Source of the DNA: Sedimentisphaerales bacterium
GTDB lineage: Bacteria; Planctomycetota; Phycisphaerae; Sedimentisphaerales; Anaerobacaceae
Direction: 5' to 3'
Assembly: GCA_963708075.1 (NCBI GenBank)
Contig: OY970194.1
Coordinates: forward strand, 6,944,001 to 7,008,000
Length of the DNA: 64,000 nt
Shown here: one piece after another, positions 53,184 to 64,000 of the stretch
Numbering within the stretch: the stretch's first letter is position 1
How the letters are laid out: every line of letters begins with the position of its first letter
Translations under genes and position numbers: made by a program
The notes under the pieces: model-generated
The model's database searches: none
Told to the model about the DNA's origin: nothing
What the model saw: only the letters and a program-made list of their open reading frames with translations

Positions 53184-54497
53184 TCAGTTTGTCAGCCCGG
53201 CGATAGCGGCGCCGATCAGCGTGGCGTTGCCCACGTTGATGATATCGTAGTGGATGTCCTTCTTGTTCGTGAGGTACTGTGTGAGGTAGCACTGGACCCG
53301 GTGTTTGAGGGACCAGAGGAGATAGAACGTGCTGCCCTCGGCGACGATGCAGACCGGCCGGGCAGGGTTTCGGCCCTTGCCGGATTTGATGGCCGCTGAG
53401 GAGAGATTGATGGCTGTCAGTTTCGCCGCCCGCTCGACCAGGGCATCGATCAGGTAGTAGAGCGTCACGACGTCCTCCTCCCGCTCGCCCGCGAGGGCCT
53501 TCGCCAGGGGATTGTCGCCCGTCTCGGGCAGCGTGAGGAAGTCGCTGATATCCTTCGTGGTCGTCTCCTCCACGGCCCTCAGCTTCTTCGCTGCGGCCCG
53601 CGAGAAGAGGCCATTTCTGGCGGCGACATGCGTCGTCTTCAGGCACAGCGGCCCCAGGTAGGCGCCCGAGATCATCTTCTCGAATACGTTGACGCCCGGA
53701 CTGACGGAGGCGGCGTCGAAGTCCTCGTCGATGCTGCCGCGAGGGGCCTTGCCGAACCCCCCGGACTCGATATTGACGATCTGGCTCTTGGCCGGGTCAA
53801 TGTCCTTGGCCTTGGTGATCTTGCTGTTCTGCTCGACGTAGCTTGTATTCGTGCCCGTGCCCAGGATGAACCCGATATAAGTGTCATATCTGCGTCCGAC
53901 GGCGCTGCCTCTTCCGGCCAGCAGCGTCGCCACGGTGTCATTGAGCAGAATGACGTGTTTCTTGCCGCTCTGTCCCATCCGGCGGATGGCGACGTTGAGA
54001 CTCTCGCCGATCATCTGGCCGGCGGCCTCGGGGGCTTTAATCTCCTTCGAGAAGTACAAGGCCCGGCCGTCTTTGCTCGGGAACATCTCGATCGGGTAGG
54101 AAAAGCAGAAGCCGATGTTGCGGCTCTCATCCAGAACGTTCTCCACGTACCCGGCCATCGTGCCGAAGAACTCCTCCTTGCCGACTTCCTTCTTGATCCC
54201 CGGCATCGGGTAGACGCGGAAGTTCTCGACAAGCGGCGCGCCGTCGGGCGTGAAGGTGACGGTCGCCACGCGAAAGTTCGTGCCACCTGCGTCCATCACG
54301 ATGACGGGCTTGCTCCTCGGGATCTTGCGCTCGATATCGAGATACGTCGGCAGCATAGCCAGGGAGCCTTTGCGTCCGGCCAGGCCCCGATCCATCTCCT
54401 GCAGAAAAGTCCGGCAGGTCGCCTCCATGTCGATGTCGGCGTGGTACATGTTGTGCTTCTTGAGGAACTTCGCGACGCTCTGCTTGCTCTTGTCCAC
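53184..54497 (-). CDS. Hexokinase (eukaryote-type family)
   Basis: LAMLPTY, DAGGTNFRV, GFCFSYP, LNDTVATLL, ILGTGTN, NIESG, FEKMISGAYLG, EGS, GAA. Confidence 0.92.
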   Translation of the reverse strand: MDKSKQSVAKFLKKHNMYHADIDMEATCRTFLQEMDRGLAGRKGSLAMLPTYLDIERKIPRSKPVIVMDAGGTNFRVATVTFTPDGAPLVENFRVYPMPGIKKEVGKEEFFGTMAGYVENVLDESRNIGFCFSYPIEMFPSKDGRALYFSKEIKAPEAAGQMIGESLNVAIRRMGQSGKKHVILLNDTVATLLAGRGSAVGRRYDTYIGFILGTGTNTSYVEQNSKITKAKDIDPAKSQIVNIESGGFGKAPRGSIDEDFDAASVSPGVNVFEKMISGAYLGPLCLKTTHVAARNGLFSRAAAKKLRAVEETTTKDISDFLTLPETGDNPLAKALAGEREEDVVTLYYLIDALVERAAKLTAINLSSAAIKSGKGRNPARPVCIVAEGSTFYLLWSLKHRVQCYLTQYLTNKKDIHYDIINVGNATLIGAAIAGLTN

Positions 54498-54509
54498 AGC
54501 AACCCCTCT

Positions 54510-54630
54510 CGATTTACGATTTTCGACTTACGATTCATGATCTGGCGTCACTCGGCACACGCCGGGCTCGTGGCCCAGTGTCAACCGCGTGAATTCTCAA
54601 TCATAAATCGAAAATCGAAAATCGTCAATC
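54510..54630. repeat. Inverted pair of heptamer tandem arrays (CGATTTW / WAAATCG)
   Basis: cgattta cgatttt cgactta cgattca (54510-54537) and aatcata aatcgaa aatcgaa aatcgtc (54599-54626). Confidence 0.8.
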
Positions 54631-55608
54631 CTGGTACCCATTCGGGTGGTCGCGGTGCCAGGCCCAGGCGGTTGCGACCATCTCGCGAAGCTGGGGCTTG
54701 CGGGTGACCCAGCCCAGCTCGGTGCGGGCCTTCGTGGCGTCCGAGGTCAGCACGGCCGGATCGCCGGGCCGACGCGGGGCCTCGATAACCTTGAAGTCCC
54801 TGCCCGAAACCTCCCGGACGGTGTCAATCACCTGCCTGACCGAGTAGCCTTGCCCGTTGCCGAGATTGTACGCCAGCTCCGCAGCGGCATCCAGCTTGTT
54901 CAGGGCCAGTAGATGGGCCAGACACAAGTCGTCGATGTGAATGTAGTCCCGGACGCAGGTGCCGTCGGGCGTGTCGTAGTCGGTCCCGAAGATGCTCACT
55001 TGCGGCCGTTTGCCCAAGGCGGCCTGGATCGCTAACGGAATCAGGTGGGACTCAGGGCGGTGGTCTTCGCCGAGCGTGCCGTCGTGCCCGGCCCCACAGG
55101 CATTGAAGTACCGCAGCGCCGCAAAGCGGAGCTTGCCCGTCCCGCTCTGATAGTGGCACATGCGCTCGACAGCCAGCTTCGTTTCGCCGTACGGATTGAT
55201 TGGCTGCTTAGGCGCGTCCTCGGTGATCGGAACCTTCGCAGGCATGCCGTACACCGCCGCCGTGCTGCTGAACACGAACTTATGAACACCGGCCGCTTCC
55301 ATGGCGGCCAGCAGGACCTGCGTGTTGCAGGTATTATTCGCGTAGTACTTGAGCGGCGCCTGTACGGACTCGCCGACCTCAATGAACGCGGCGAAGTGCA
55401 TCACCGCCTCGATGCCGAAGCGGCGGAGGGTATCGACAATCTTGTCGTAATCGGCCAAGTCGCCTTCGATGAGGCGGGCGTTGCGTATAGCAGCCCGATG
55501 GCCCTTGCTGAGGTTATCGAAAACGGTGGGCTCATGGCCCGTTGCTGCCAGCAGCGCGGTCATGTTGCTGCCGATATAGCCTGCGCCGCCACAAACCAAT
55601 ACATTCAT
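54625..55608 (-). CDS. galE: UDP-glucose 4-epimerase
   Basis: GGAGYIGS, HFAA..VGES, FSSTAAVYG, YGETK, RYFNA, RDYIH. Confidence 0.96.
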   Translation of the reverse strand: MNVLVCGGAGYIGSNMTALLAATGHEPTVFDNLSKGHRAAIRNARLIEGDLADYDKIVDTLRRFGIEAVMHFAAFIEVGESVQAPLKYYANNTCNTQVLLAAMEAAGVHKFVFSSTAAVYGMPAKVPITEDAPKQPINPYGETKLAVERMCHYQSGTGKLRFAALRYFNACGAGHDGTLGEDHRPESHLIPLAIQAALGKRPQVSIFGTDYDTPDGTCVRDYIHIDDLCLAHLLALNKLDAAAELAYNLGNGQGYSVRQVIDTVREVSGRDFKVIEAPRRPGDPAVLTSDATKARTELGWVTRKPQLREMVATAWAWHRDHPNGYQD

Positions 55609-55628
55609 GTTCTCCTACTAGCCTCCGA

Positions 55629-56198
55629 TTACCTGACTCTCTGTGCGATCGTATCAAGGATCTTGGCGGCGAGCCGACTGTCCCGGCCCAGGTCAATCCA
55701 GGCCATCCCTTGCTTCTGCTGCGGGCTCAGTTGCAGCCGCTGCACACCGGGGGTGCTGGCCGAGTGCATCTGGTACGCCTGGGAGATGCTCACCGCTTCG
55801 TTCTCCGGAAGGCTCAGCCGCTGGACCCGGACGCTGCAATCGACGGACATCTTGCCTTGTTCCTCCGTGATCCGCAATTCGACAGCCCGGCGGATCGTGT
55901 GGAGGTTCGCCTCGGCCATGTTATGCAGACCCACGTTGTCGCGGCGCCAAAACTCGAAGACCTGTGCCCCGCGCAGGGGCTCCGTTCGGATAATGCCCTG
56001 TTCGGCATCGAGCTTCTCGATGACGAAGTGCATTTTGCTCAGGATGTCCTCCGCTGCCCGCATGGTGTCCGTGCGGGACACGCCGTCCAGGCGAAGCGGC
56101 TCCGCCGGCTGATACGCCTGCCCCTGCCCACCACATCCCAGCGGCAGCACGAGGGCTATCGCCGCCAATGCCGTACACATGTTTTTCAGAGTATCCAT
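55629..56198 (-). CDS. Hypothetical lipoprotein
   Basis: Lipobox-like LPLGC after a hydrophobic stretch; co-oriented with galE. Confidence 0.7.
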   Translation of the reverse strand: MDTLKNMCTALAAIALVLPLGCGGQGQAYQPAEPLRLDGVSRTDTMRAAEDILSKMHFVIEKLDAEQGIIRTEPLRGAQVFEFWRRDNVGLHNMAEANLHTIRRAVELRITEEQGKMSVDCSVRVQRLSLPENEAVSISQAYQMHSASTPGVQRLQLSPQQKQGMAWIDLGRDSRLAAKILDTIAQRVR

Positions 56199-56550
56199 CG
56201 GTCCATCGCCAAAAAGGAATAGAGCGATTATAGAGGCGATTGGAGGTATCCTCAAGCATCATCAACCGATAAAACACGACAATCCGTTCCCCCTCGCGGT
56301 GTCTCAGGCAAGCGGAGGCGGCTGCCTCGCCTCTGATGAGCGGATCGTACCGGCCATAGGCGTGTGCAAGGTTGTCGATTGCTTGTGTCGAGATCATTCC
56401 GGTTGCCCGTGCCATCACGCGAACAGAGGACAAATGCCGGCATGTGCGGATTGTCGTGCATTGTCGGTGATTCTGTTAAAGCGGAGGTTCGCTCGTCGCC
56501 GATAGCTCTTCCAGAAGGGGGTTTATGGGTCGTCGGAGTGATTCGGTTCG

Positions 56551-57489
56551 ATGTCACTGACGCAAAGGCAATCGGTAGTCCGAGAGCTTCGTTCGCTGCC
56601 CCTGGGCCGGACGGCGAGCGAGTTTCTCGATCATCTGACCGTGGAGGCGGGCCTGTCTCACAATACCATTCTCGCCTACGGCCGTGATCTCAAGGCGTTC
56701 CTGCACTTCTGCCAGGAGAACAACGTCAACCAGATCACCGGGCTCAAGCCCGTGCTGGTGCAGAAGTACCTGTGTCATATGGCCACCGGCCCGAAAAATG
56801 AGAATTCGGCCCGGCGTTCTCTTGTGGCCATCCGGATGTTCCTGCGGTTTGCCAAGCTTATGGGGCATATCGCCGACGATGGCACAGGTCTGCTGGAAAG
56901 CCCGAAGATCTGGCAGCGTCTGCCGATCGTCTGCAACAAGCAGCGGGTCCTCCAACTGCTGCAGGCGCCTTGCCCCGAGGAACCGTACTACTTGCGGGAC
57001 CGGGCAATGCTCGAGCTGCTCTATGCCACCGGGATGCGGGCCAGCGAGTTGGCGGGACTGAAGACCAGTGATCTGAACTTCGACGTCGGCTACCTGCGAT
57101 GCCTGGGCAAAGGCAACAAGGAACGGATCATCCCGGTCGGCAGGACCGCGACTGAGACGACGGAGGTGTACTTGAAGGATTTGCGGCCCCGACTGGCCAG
57201 GCCGGGCAGCGGGATGTCCCTGCTGTTGTCACGAACCGGCCGGCCTTTGGGTCGCATTGAAATCTGGCGGCTGGTCAAGAAGTATGCCGCCCGGGCGGGC
57301 CTGGCTCGGAATCTGACGGTGCACACGTTGCGCCATTGCTTCGCCACGCATCTGCTCAGCGGAGGCGCGGATCTGCGGAGCCTCCAGGAAATGCTTGGTC
57401 ATGTGGACATTGGGACAACGCAGATCTATACCCATGTCGATCATGAGAGACTCCGGAAGATTCATAAGAAGTATCATCCACGGCCATAG
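56551..57489 (+). CDS. xerD: Tyrosine recombinase XerD
   Basis: RDRAMLELLYATGMRASEL, GKGNKER, HTLRHCFATHLL, LGH..TTQIYTHV. Confidence 0.9.
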   Translation: MSLTQRQSVVRELRSLPLGRTASEFLDHLTVEAGLSHNTILAYGRDLKAFLHFCQENNVNQITGLKPVLVQKYLCHMATGPKNENSARRSLVAIRMFLRFAKLMGHIADDGTGLLESPKIWQRLPIVCNKQRVLQLLQAPCPEEPYYLRDRAMLELLYATGMRASELAGLKTSDLNFDVGYLRCLGKGNKERIIPVGRTATETTEVYLKDLRPRLARPGSGMSLLLSRTGRPLGRIEIWRLVKKYAARAGLARNLTVHTLRHCFATHLLSGGADLRSLQEMLGHVDIGTTQIYTHVDHERLRKIHKKYHPRP

Positions 57490-57661
57490 AGGTCCCGAAG
57501 GAGCATGGTCCGAATACCGCGAGTGCTCGCGCGACAGAAATTCTGCTCATGAATTGTCACGAAATTAACGAAAATCCCGGCAAAGCGGTTGACTTCGGCT
57601 CGCTGATTCAGGTACTATGGCTGGTGAATTCGTCAGTAGGGGTCTGCTGAGGGTAATCCAA

Positions 57662-59926
57662 ATGACTGGGCCACGGTTTCACATCCTTGCACTGGTTTTG
57701 CTCCTGGTATGTGAGTCTCCCGTGTGGACTCAGACTGTCCTCACATCCACAGAGACGCAAGCTGTCACAGGCGGCGAGGTCAACCAGGAACTCGCCCTGA
57801 TCAAGGATCAACTCTTCAACAATAAGGACGCCGCCACGAGAATGAGCGCCGCCAGCGTACTGCTGTTCAAGGATGATCCGGCGGCGAGGGTGCTTGTGCT
57901 GGATGTACTGAAGCAGACGGAGAACCCGGCGGCAAAGACGGCGATCTGCAAAGCCCTTGACCGCTCTCGCAGGGATCCTCGGACGCTGAAGAACAAGGAA
58001 GATTTTCTCCAGCCGTTGCTCGGCATCCTGGGCACGGAAGCGGACCCGGGCGTCGCCAGATCGGCGGCGGAAGCCTCGCTGATGTTCGGCTACGATCAGG
58101 TGCAGGCCGGGCTGGAGGGAATGGCCAACGACAATCAACTGCCCGTGGCGATCCGATCCAATGCCGTGTATGCACTGCAGTTGCACCCCGACAAGAGGGC
58201 AGTCCTCAAGCTGATCGATCTCCTCGGTGACCCGGAAAGCGAAATGGCTCGGGCTGCCGGAGATGCGCTGACCTCATTGGGGATACCGCTTCCCGAGGAC
58301 GCGGAAGGCCGGCGTCGCGCGGCCAGCGACCTTGAGTCACAAGGTCCGGAAACCTACCTGCGCAAACGGCTCGTGCGCAGCGAGGCGGATATTCGGACCT
58401 TGAAGACGGGGATGCAGTTGTGGCAGGATTACTACTTCGCCGCCCTGACGGATTGGTACAGCTCGCTGACGGATGAGGCTGTCAAGATCGCCTTCCTTAC
58501 GGATCGTCTCAAGGCCCCGGAGCCCGAGGTCAAGCTATGGGCTCTTGACCGGATCGAGCAACTCAAGAAGGGCACGAGCAAGCCCAAGCTTTCGGAGGAC
58601 TTTGAGAAAACACTGCTGAGTCTGATTTCGAGCAAGAACAGGCAAGTGCGGCTGCGAACGGCTCGGGTCATGGCTCTCATGTGGGAGCTGAACTCGGCGC
58701 AGCGTCTGCTTCAGCAGTTGCAGGTGGAAGAGGATGCCGATGTAAGGCACGAGTTGTTCATAGCACTTGGCGGGGCCTGTTACTACGCGTCACTGGACAC
58801 TTCGCCATTTAAGATTGCTGATGAGGTGCGTAATGAGACCCTGGAATGGGCTATCCGGTTCCTCAGCGAGCAGCGTGCGGAGCGCGTGCGAAGCGGCGCC
58901 GACGTGATTCGTAAACTCCTGACACAAAATGGCTTAAAGGCGGTGGATACCGGTAAGTATCTCGACACGCTGGCTCAGCGATACCAGCAGGCGACTTCTG
59001 AGGCGAATCACGTCATACGCGGTGAGTTGCTTACCGCTATGGCGGGCTTGTGCAACCAGAGAAGCCTTTGCCGGCTGCAGGCGACGAAACTGTATGGTCC
59101 GCTGTTTGAGCAGGCCCTGGCTGACGGCGAGGAACACCTGCGCGAAGGTGCAGTGGACGGGTTCATCAGTATCGATGGTCAGGCAGCCTTGAAAAAGTTC
59201 AGAAAGACCCTCGTGGATGATCCCAGTGCGTCGGTTCGAGCGACGTTGATCAATCTGGCGGGCGAAGTGGGTGTTTCCGAGGATCTGGACTGGCTGTCGA
59301 AGAAGCTGGGGACCCCCGTCGAAGGCGAGACGGCTTGGAAGGCCATGCTCAAGGTGTTCCCACGCTGCGGGATCGATGTGATGGTCTCGTGGCTTGGCGC
59401 CTTCACGACGCCGCCGCTCCAGGAGAGGCTCTCCCCGGAGCAGAGGATATCCTATTTTATCCTGGTCGAACAAAGGGCCCAAAGTGAGAGTAAAGTAGAT
59501 TTGCTGGCAGAGGCGCGGAAACAACTGGCCCGATCATATACCGCCAGCGGCAATTTCAAGCTGGCTGCCGATTATCTCAGGCTTCTGGAGGAGGCCGCGA
59601 AAGATCAGCAGGAGAAGGACGGTCTGTTATCGGACCGGCTGAATGTGTGTCTTCGATGGCCGAATCTGACCATGGTGGGCGAGATTGTGGACGGCTGTCT
59701 GTCGGCAAGCGACCTTACGGATGACAGTCCCCTGGCCAGATCCATTGACGGTTACCTGAAAGAGCCTCCCCTGGGGGCCGATCCGAATGCGCTGCTGGAA
59801 ACGCTGGTCCGAATCAAGGTCAAGGATCCCGAAGCCCGCCCCGGCTGGCGCGGGTTGCTTCAGCGATGGTGCAAGCCCGTCGCCCGGGCCCGAAGAGACG
59901 GACAGGCCGAGGAGATCAACGACTGA
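57662..59926 (+). CDS. Exported HEAT/ARM-repeat protein
   Basis: Signal peptide; repeated 'VR..A...L' helical motifs. Confidence 0.75.
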   Translation: MTGPRFHILALVLLLVCESPVWTQTVLTSTETQAVTGGEVNQELALIKDQLFNNKDAATRMSAASVLLFKDDPAARVLVLDVLKQTENPAAKTAICKALDRSRRDPRTLKNKEDFLQPLLGILGTEADPGVARSAAEASLMFGYDQVQAGLEGMANDNQLPVAIRSNAVYALQLHPDKRAVLKLIDLLGDPESEMARAAGDALTSLGIPLPEDAEGRRRAASDLESQGPETYLRKRLVRSEADIRTLKTGMQLWQDYYFAALTDWYSSLTDEAVKIAFLTDRLKAPEPEVKLWALDRIEQLKKGTSKPKLSEDFEKTLLSLISSKNRQVRLRTARVMALMWELNSAQRLLQQLQVEEDADVRHELFIALGGACYYASLDTSPFKIADEVRNETLEWAIRFLSEQRAERVRSGADVIRKLLTQNGLKAVDTGKYLDTLAQRYQQATSEANHVIRGELLTAMAGLCNQRSLCRLQATKLYGPLFEQALADGEEHLREGAVDGFISIDGQAALKKFRKTLVDDPSASVRATLINLAGEVGVSEDLDWLSKKLGTPVEGETAWKAMLKVFPRCGIDVMVSWLGAFTTPPLQERLSPEQRISYFILVEQRAQSESKVDLLAEARKQLARSYTASGNFKLAADYLRLLEEAAKDQQEKDGLLSDRLNVCLRWPNLTMVGEIVDGCLSASDLTDDSPLARSIDGYLKEPPLGADPNALLETLVRIKVKDPEARPGWRGLLQRWCKPVARARRDGQAEEIND

Positions 59927-60048
59927 GCACAGGCTCAGTCGCCGCCATGAGGCGGGTGGCGGGAGCGTGGAAAGCGGTCAGAGGGGGTGGGCAAGGCGAG
60001 AACTGTGCGGACGCGGAAGGTTTTTTCAATTTTTTTGCTTTTTTCTGG

Positions 60049-60077
60049 TTGCACCGGACGGTCAACTATCTTATATT
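60049..60077 (+). promoter_or_regulatory. Sigma70-like promoter with T-rich UP region for the tRNA-Thr/tuf operon
   Basis: TTGCAC-17 bp-TATATT, preceded by T tracts at 60021-60044. Confidence 0.6.
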
Positions 60078-60237
60078 CACTGGTTTACAAGTAGACGCAC
60101 GAACCGGATGGTATGCCTTGCTGCTATCGCACGAATCAAGTGCGAGAGGGTGAGGTTTGTCTTTATGCGTAGGTCGGACTCGGGTTCGGTGCCCTGCGCG
60201 TCGGTTTTGTGACGAGTGTGGCTGGTTTTTCAGTATT

Positions 60238-60310
<73 letters not shown>

Positions 60311-60451
60311 CAGTAAGTGGATCAAGACAAAGTGGTCGGCAAGGGCTGAGTCTGTGTCTTGGTTTTCGGTTGACTACCGAGATTTTCAGGCAGGAGACCA
60401 TAAGGACATGCAAGTAGCTCCTAGAAAGCACATTTGGAGGTTTAGTTAAAG

Positions 60452-61685
<1,234 letters not shown>

Positions 61686-61698
61686 GTGGCTCGTTGTT

Positions 61699-61869
61699 AT
61701 GGCAAAGAAAAAGAGCAAGAGAGAATACGTCTGGCTCGAATGCACCGAGTGCAGCCAGAGGAACTACCGGACTGAGATCAGCGTGGCCGAAGGCGCGCCC
61801 AAGCTGGAACTGAAGAAGTTCTGTGCCAAAGAGCGCAAGCACACTGTCCACAAACTCAGACGCAAGTAG
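61699..61869 (+). CDS. rpmG: 50S ribosomal protein L33
   Basis: MAKKKSKREYVWLECTECSQRNYRT..KLELKKFC..RKHT; below the ORF-track length cut-off. Confidence 0.95.
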   Translation: MAKKKSKREYVWLECTECSQRNYRTEISVAEGAPKLELKKFCAKERKHTVHKLRRK

Positions 61870-61903
61870 AAAATAGAATTGCCTGATTCATGGCAATGGC
61901 AAT

Positions 61904-61978
61904 AGGCCAGTAGCTCAATTTGGCAGAGCGTCGGTTCTCCAAAACCGAAGGTTGGGGGTTCAATTCCCTCCTGGCCTG
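61904..61978 (+). tRNA. tRNA-Trp(CCA), with a probable extra T in the anticodon arm
   Basis: aggccag/ctggcct acceptor stem, tcggt-(t)ctccaaa-accga, ggttcaa; canonical position between rpmG and secE. Confidence 0.9.
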
Positions 61979-62035
61979 TGTTTGGCGGAGCGCTGTGGCG
62001 ACCTGCCGATGTGAGAGTTGATAGGATTTTCGCCT

Positions 62036-62425
62036 ATGTCGATGCAGATTTATAAGCCCGGACAGGGCAAGTATACGCGGCTGATCAGCGGGATCTCCGT
62101 CGCCGTGATCGTGGCGGCAGGGTGTTGGCGGCTCTACGAGATGCTGGCGGCTACAGACTGGAGCCCGTGGATTATCTTTCTAGTCCCGCTGATTGTCGTT
62201 GTCGCCGCGTGCGTTGGCCTTTACTGGCTGCTGAACAAGCCGGTCGTCGCGGACTTTATGATTGCCGCAGAGGGTGAGTTGAAGAAGGTGAACTGGTCGA
62301 GCCGGAAGGAAGTGGCTGTCTCGACATTTGTGGTGATTATCGTCGTCGTGGTGATGGCGATGCTGCTGGGAGCCACGGACATGGTGTTCCAGCTCATTTT
62401 CGACAGGTTGCTATTACCGGGGTAG
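62036..62425 (+). CDS. secE: Preprotein translocase subunit SecE
   Basis: YKPGQGKYTR, DFMIAAEGELKKVNWSSRKE; three TMs. Confidence 0.93.
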   Translation: MSMQIYKPGQGKYTRLISGISVAVIVAAGCWRLYEMLAATDWSPWIIFLVPLIVVVAACVGLYWLLNKPVVADFMIAAEGELKKVNWSSRKEVAVSTFVVIIVVVVMAMLLGATDMVFQLIFDRLLLPG

Positions 62426-62652
62426 TGCCGGGAAAGGTTCGGGATACAGCCCGGAGGGAGCCCGTGCAGGCAGGTGTGGAGTCGATTCGCGTGACGTAAG
62501 TCGATTCCGGCCGATTGTTGCGGGGCTGGAAGCGAGCGACAGGAGGCACTGCCGAGGGATGATTCATTTTCGTCGGTAGGCGGCGTTGTTGCCGGGATAC
62601 AAACTGAGTGCCGTAGAGTGATTTTCGTACAGCAGAGACCAAAGGCATCGGG

Positions 62653-63195
62653 ATGCGGTGGTACGTACTAAGAGTCGCAGCCAATAAAGAAATGCAGGTC
62701 AAAGAGGCCCTGGAGCGGAAGGTGGAGCAGGAGGGCCTCAATGATGTGATCGGGCGGATTGAGGTCCCCACCGAGCAGATCAAACGCATCCGGGCCGGCA
62801 AACAGACGGTCCACAAGCGAAAACTGTATCCTGGTTATGTATTCATGGAGATGGAGACCACGGACGACGGCCGCGTGCCGGAGAGGGCGTGGTTCATGAT
62901 CAAGGGCACCGGAGGGGTGGGGGATTTCATCGGCACGGAAGGAATGCCCACGCCCATGCGCGACACGGATGTGGCAAAAATGCTCCTGGATGCGGAGAAG
63001 CCCGAGGAAGCCCCGAGCATCAAGGTGGAATTCAAGAAGGGTGACCACATCAAGATTCGCGAAGGCGCGTTTGAGAATTTCGAGGGTACTGTGGATTCGA
63101 TCGATTCCGAGCGGGGCATCGTCAAAGTGATCGTGACGATCTTTGGGCGAAGCACGCCGCTGGACATTGAATATTGGCAAATTGAGAAGATCTGA
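62653..63195 (+). CDS. nusG: Transcription termination/antitermination factor NusG
   Basis: [32 protein letters not shown]. Confidence 0.97.
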   Translation: MRWYVLRVAANKEMQVKEALERKVEQEGLNDVIGRIEVPTEQIKRIRAGKQTVHKRKLYPGYVFMEMETTDDGRVPERAWFMIKGTGGVGDFIGTEGMPTPMRDTDVAKMLLDAEKPEEAPSIKVEFKKGDHIKIREGAFENFEGTVDSIDSERGIVKVIVTIFGRSTPLDIEYWQIEKI

Positions 63196-63260
63196 GGCCG
63201 GGGCTTTCCCGGCGTCCTTCGGCAGGGTGTTGCAGGATCGTTGTAAGACAAGGGTGGAAG

Positions 63261-63689
63261 ATGGCAAAAAAGGAAATCGCGACAAAAATCAAATTGCAGG
63301 CCCCGGGCGGACAGGCCACGCCGGCGCCGCCCATTGGACCGGCACTCGGGCAACATGGGGTCAATATCGGGCAATTTGTCTCCCAGTTCAACGAGAAGAC
63401 AAAGGACTTCAAGGGCACCATCGTGCCTGTGGTCATCACGGTATACACCGACAGGAGTTTCACCTTTGAGGTAAAAAGTCCGCCGGCAGCCGTGCTGTTG
63501 AAGCAGGCGGCCCAGATCGAGAAGGGCAGCGGGGTTCCCAACAAGGACAAGGTCGGCAAGGTAACCGCAGACCAGGTCCGCAAGATCGCCGAGACCAAGT
63601 TCAAAGACCTCAATGCGTACAGCCTGGAGCAGGCGGAGAAGATCATCCGCGGCACCGCCCGCAGCATGGGGGTGGATGTCGTCGATTAG
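63261..63689 (+). CDS. rplK: 50S ribosomal protein L11
   Basis: [28 protein letters not shown]. Confidence 0.98.
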   Translation: MAKKEIATKIKLQAPGGQATPAPPIGPALGQHGVNIGQFVSQFNEKTKDFKGTIVPVVITVYTDRSFTFEVKSPPAAVLLKQAAQIEKGSGVPNKDKVGKVTADQVRKIAETKFKDLNAYSLEQAEKIIRGTARSMGVDVVD

Positions 63690-63733
63690 GACGGATCCCG
63701 GAGAACGTTTTCGATAGAAATGAGACATCAGGT

Positions 63734-64000
63734 ATGAATACCAAGAGCAAAAGATACAAGAAAGACGCCCAGAAGGTCGGCGAAGAGACCGTCAGCATCA
63801 GCGAGGCTGTCGATAAGGTCAAATCGTTCGAGACGGGCAAGTTCGATCAGACGGTCGAGTGTGTGCTGCTGCTCGGCATCGATCCGAAGCAGGCAGACCA
63901 GCTCGTGCGAGGCTCGTTATCGCTGCCTCATGGCGTGGGCAAGCAGAAACGCGTGATTGCCTTCTGTGAGGACAGCCTGGTAGAAGAGGTGAAAAAGGCC
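63734..64000 (+). CDS. rplA: 50S ribosomal protein L1 (5' part, runs off the window)
   Basis: [32 protein letters not shown]. Confidence 0.95.
   Translation, partial: MNTKSKRYKKDAQKVGEETVSISEAVDKVKSFETGKFDQTVECVLLLGIDPKQADQLVRGSLSLPHGVGKQKRVIAFCEDSLVEEVKKA

Noticed and set aside
56551..57489. Phage or integron integrase
   Set aside because: Length and motifs match housekeeping XerD; it lacks the integron-integrase extra segment, and no attC-like cassette array or phage genes are adjacent.
61904..61978. Frameshift-suppressor tRNA-Trp with an 8-nt anticodon loop
   Set aside because: The extra T is adjacent to another T in a window with many indel errors; treated as an artefact unless reads confirm it.

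Overview
GC-rich bacterial chromosomal window, most likely Planctomycetota (Phycisphaerae/Sedimentisphaerales-like). This is inferred from the PVC-type EF-Tu switch-I sequence, Tat-exported sulfatases, a LamG/discoidin repeat protein and the thpR-recA-alaS order. Housekeeping genes: smpB, trpC, glnS, gltX, recA, alaS, hisD, aconitase, galE, xerD, and tRNA-Thr-tuf-rpmG-tRNA-Trp-secE-nusG-rplK-rplA. These are interleaved with accessory carbohydrate and secreted-protein genes. The most notable structure is a ~3.7 kb cassette (38735-42448). It carries two near-identical c-di-AMP (ydaO-type) riboswitches, one before an orphan membrane-anchored tandem four-helix-bundle sensor protein and one before a KimA/YdaO-like K+ transporter. 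The cassette is bracketed by an 84-bp direct repeat of a cupin gene's 3' end and has no integrase. Other leads: a LarA-superfamily epimerase clustered with a D-mannonate oxidoreductase-like SDR and a HAD hydrolase, with larE nearby; an XRE-HTH-like insertion inside GluRS; a stand-alone SIR2-like gene; a serpin-like protein after tRNA-Thr(CGT); a hexokinase plus NagB/PIG-L operon; and several families of REP-like palindromes. Many single-base frameshifts, including in alaS and tuf, point to indel errors in the assembly rather than true pseudogenes. All calls come from reading motifs by eye; no database searches were run.
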